A stretch of DNA of 63,179 nt, the filler included, from Dirinaria sp. TL-2023a (taxonomy: Eukaryota): the NCBI GenBank assembly GCA_051941275.1. It is 47 parts of 47 records of this genome, joined end to end, with 100 filler letters (N's around TTAATTAATTAA, not from the genome) between each part and the next. Parts side by side here need not be neighbours in the genome. Positions count along the whole stretch, not along the records: positions 60,642 to 61,861 come from JAVEBF010002891.1; positions 61,962 to 63,179 come from JAVEBF010002892.1; 45 more parts are not named here. One strand, given 5' to 3'. Position numbers and translations under genes: made by a program. Position 1 is the first letter of the stretch. The number at the start of each line of letters is the position of its first letter. Below are positions 60,692 to 63,179 of the stretch, in pieces. Under the pieces are notes generated by a model that was not told the DNA's origin, did not search any database, and saw nothing but the letters and a program-made list of their open reading frames with translations.

Positions 60692-61217
60692 GGAAGAAGC
60701 CGAAGCCAAAAAAGCTACTGCAGCCCGTAAAAAGGCAGAAAAAGACGCCCTCCTAGCCGAAGAAGAACGCAACACCCCTTCCAAACCCAAAGGCAGCAGC
60801 TCCGCCAACAAAAACACGGCCACGAAAAAAACTCGCGGCCTGGATCTTTCCCAACTCGACGACCCACAACCTACATCCCAAAAACCAGCGCTCAACGCCT
60901 CGGGCATCGACAACGCCCTCGACGCCCTATCCCTCACCACCGCGAACGGCGATTCGGAAAAAGTGGATCGCCATCCGGAGAGAAGGTTTAAGGCCGCGTA
61001 TGCGGCGTATGAGGCGCGCCGGCTGCCGGAGGTGGAGGAGGAGTTCAAGGGGCTCAGGAGGCAGCAGAGGGTGGATCTGATTCGGAAGGAGTTTGAGAAG
61101 AGCCCCGAGAACCCGTTTAATCAGGTCAGTGCGCAGTTCGATAGTACGAAGGAGGAGATCAGGGCGATTCGGGCGATGGAGAGGGAGAAGGCTGAGGCGA
61201 GGCTGGCGGCGAGATAA
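60692..61217 (+). CDS. CCDC124/DUF1014 family protein, last exon
   Basis: LNASGIDNALDALSL...DRHPERRFKAAYAAYEARRLPE...FEKSPENPFNQ. Confidence 0.9.
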
Positions 61218-62395
61218 GATGGTGTGCTGTGATGGTGGAGAGTTGCTGGTTTTGGGGGGTTGTTTGGGCATAGCGGGATGAAAGGTCACATACATAGGTA
61301 CATAAGGTAGTCGAACTACACTTTTTCACTGGTAGGCTGTTCATATCATTTCCCTAAACAAAACAAACAATCTCTCCATCTCCCGTCCCACTCTCCTATA
61401 CCCACAGAAGAACTCCCGCTCTAGCCTTTCAAGCACGCTAACTAGAATATCCCAATCACCTTCCATCTCTTCCCTTCCCCATTCTATTCAATCAATCAAC
61501 CAATAATTCCTACAAACTGGACTCCCGCCTAGAAAAGCCGAAGTTAGGTTCATTCAATATCCATCAATATATATCCATCAGCAAGAAATGAGGGGATCTG
61601 GTACCTAAGGTACCTCACCTCACCTTCCCTGACCCCACTCCGAAATTATGAGAGGGCGGTTTTTATGACTTCATGTAGAGGCACTCGTGGGGTACAGACA
61701 GACTGGATGGGATTAAAAGAATGTAATATGCTGTTATGGATTTATTTGGGATATGGATATACATACGGTTATCAGGGGTCTAATCAATGAAGGGGGGAAG
61801 GGGGAGTTAGGTAAGATGCTGTATGTAGGTACGAGTAATTTATTAATTTAAGGAGGGAAGGNNNNNNNNNNNNNNNNNNNNNNNNNNNNNNNNNNNNNNN
61901 NNNNNTTAATTAATTAANNNNNNNNNNNNNNNNNNNNNNNNNNNNNNNNNNNNNNNNNNNNGAAGGGAAGGGAAGGTGGTGATCATGAAGGGAATGGGGA
62001 GTGGGGGGATGGGGAATTGGTGAAGGATTCGAATGCGGTTCGTATTGAACATAATGGGATTTGGGAAGAAGTCTTGTCTTGAATACATCTGTTTCATGAG
62101 CATCTCTCTATTTCCTCATGAACGATGTAACTTCCATAAAACCCTGCCTTACTGCTTGAATTTATAGTTCATAGAGCCATAGCGCATGTAAACATTGATC
62201 GGGCTTTTTGTAGTCTGGATTTTATTTATCACAAGTGAGTGCATCATGAGCGTTATTTCTGAGTGCGCTCGAAGTAGGAGAGGGAGGTGATCCAACAATC
62301 TTATCTCTTTCCTGCATGATATACCTATCCCAAAGCACCCCATCCACCTCTCGGCGCTGCTCTCTTAGACTCTTGCTTACATCGATATATGAATA

Positions 62396-62973
62396 GGTAA
62401 CCACTAGCGCCACACCACCCTACTTTGCTGCAACACCACCTAAACTTTGCTGGCACACCACCCTGCTAACTAAACCTATCTAGGTAGGATCTAGACCTAG
62501 TGAGGTAAAGAATCCGCACTCAGCTTCATTGTACTGACAATATTGCAATGGAAAGTGATGATACTCTGAAAGTTTTGTTTATTAAAGTCTAGTAAAATCA
62601 TCACGTCGGCGTCAGAGCACAAATCGAGAAGACGTCATTGCGAGTTATTACATGCTAGATTTACATGTGAAAAGTGCTCATGAAGGCGCCTGGAACGTCT
62701 GATATCTCGTCGCCGTCTCCTCGTCGACCCCGTCGACCTCTTTCACCCGAGGTAGATCAGGCGGCAGTGAGGGTAGGTCAGACGGCAGTGAGATAGGTCA
62801 ATTGGAAGTGCAGAAATAAAATGTAGAGGAAGAAGCAGGTACCTTATGCTGGCAGAACGCGTGTGTAAACAACGCGGGTTCCTTACTCCACTAGATCTAG
62901 ATCCTACCTAGATAGGTGTAGTTGGCAGGGTGGTGTGGCAGCAAAGTAGGGTGGTGTGGCGGTAGTGGTTACC
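62396..62973. mobile_element. Non-autonomous TIR element (MITE, 578 bp) with 8-bp TSD
   Basis: TIRs of about 100-120 bp starting GGTAACCACTA. TATGAATA at 62388-62395 and 62974-62981. Confidence 0.92.
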
Positions 62974-63179
62974 TATGAATATTATTCCTTTTTCTTTTTT
63001 CGAGGGACATCGTGTTCTGATTTAACTTAGTTGGAGTACCTATGGCGATGATGAATGATTGGGATAAAATAGTCGACATACAGCGAGCACAACCGGGCGC
63101 TTGTGTATCCGATTCTTTGTTTTTTTTTTTTTTTTTTTTTTGGTGGTGGGTAAAAGAGTAGATAGATATGAAAGTAATG

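Overview
This window is not one locus. It is 47 unrelated short contigs of about 1.22-1.27 kb, sorted by decreasing length and joined by artificial 100-bp linkers (N44-TTAATTAATTAA-N44), so adjacency across linkers means nothing. Most contigs come from a filamentous ascomycete. They carry intron-containing gene fragments (SEN2, mitochondrial ACP, CBR1, histone H4 and a divergent H4 variant, NIT3, RPL24, GMC oxidoreductase, GH27 alpha-galactosidase, CCDC124, NLR-type TPR and SesB-like proteins). They also carry many C>T/G>A-degraded transposon relics (Gypsy, Copia, Tad1-like LINE, pogo DDE, nested short LTRs and a MITE). Two contigs (24573-25823, 39369-40605) look bacterial, which suggests a metagenomic source such as a lichen (inference). 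The best candidates for novelty are: (1) a short-LTR element carrying a BIR/IAP zinc-finger ORF where gag would be, with a second degraded relative at 18061-18506; (2) a putative secreted ADYKRG-repeat (Kex2) peptide precursor divergently paired with a type II membrane protein, a candidate dikaritin-type RiPP locus; (3) an intron-rich H4 variant; (4) a RIP-like mutation pattern that hits CpC and spares CpG. All calls come from reading the sequence; no database searches were run.
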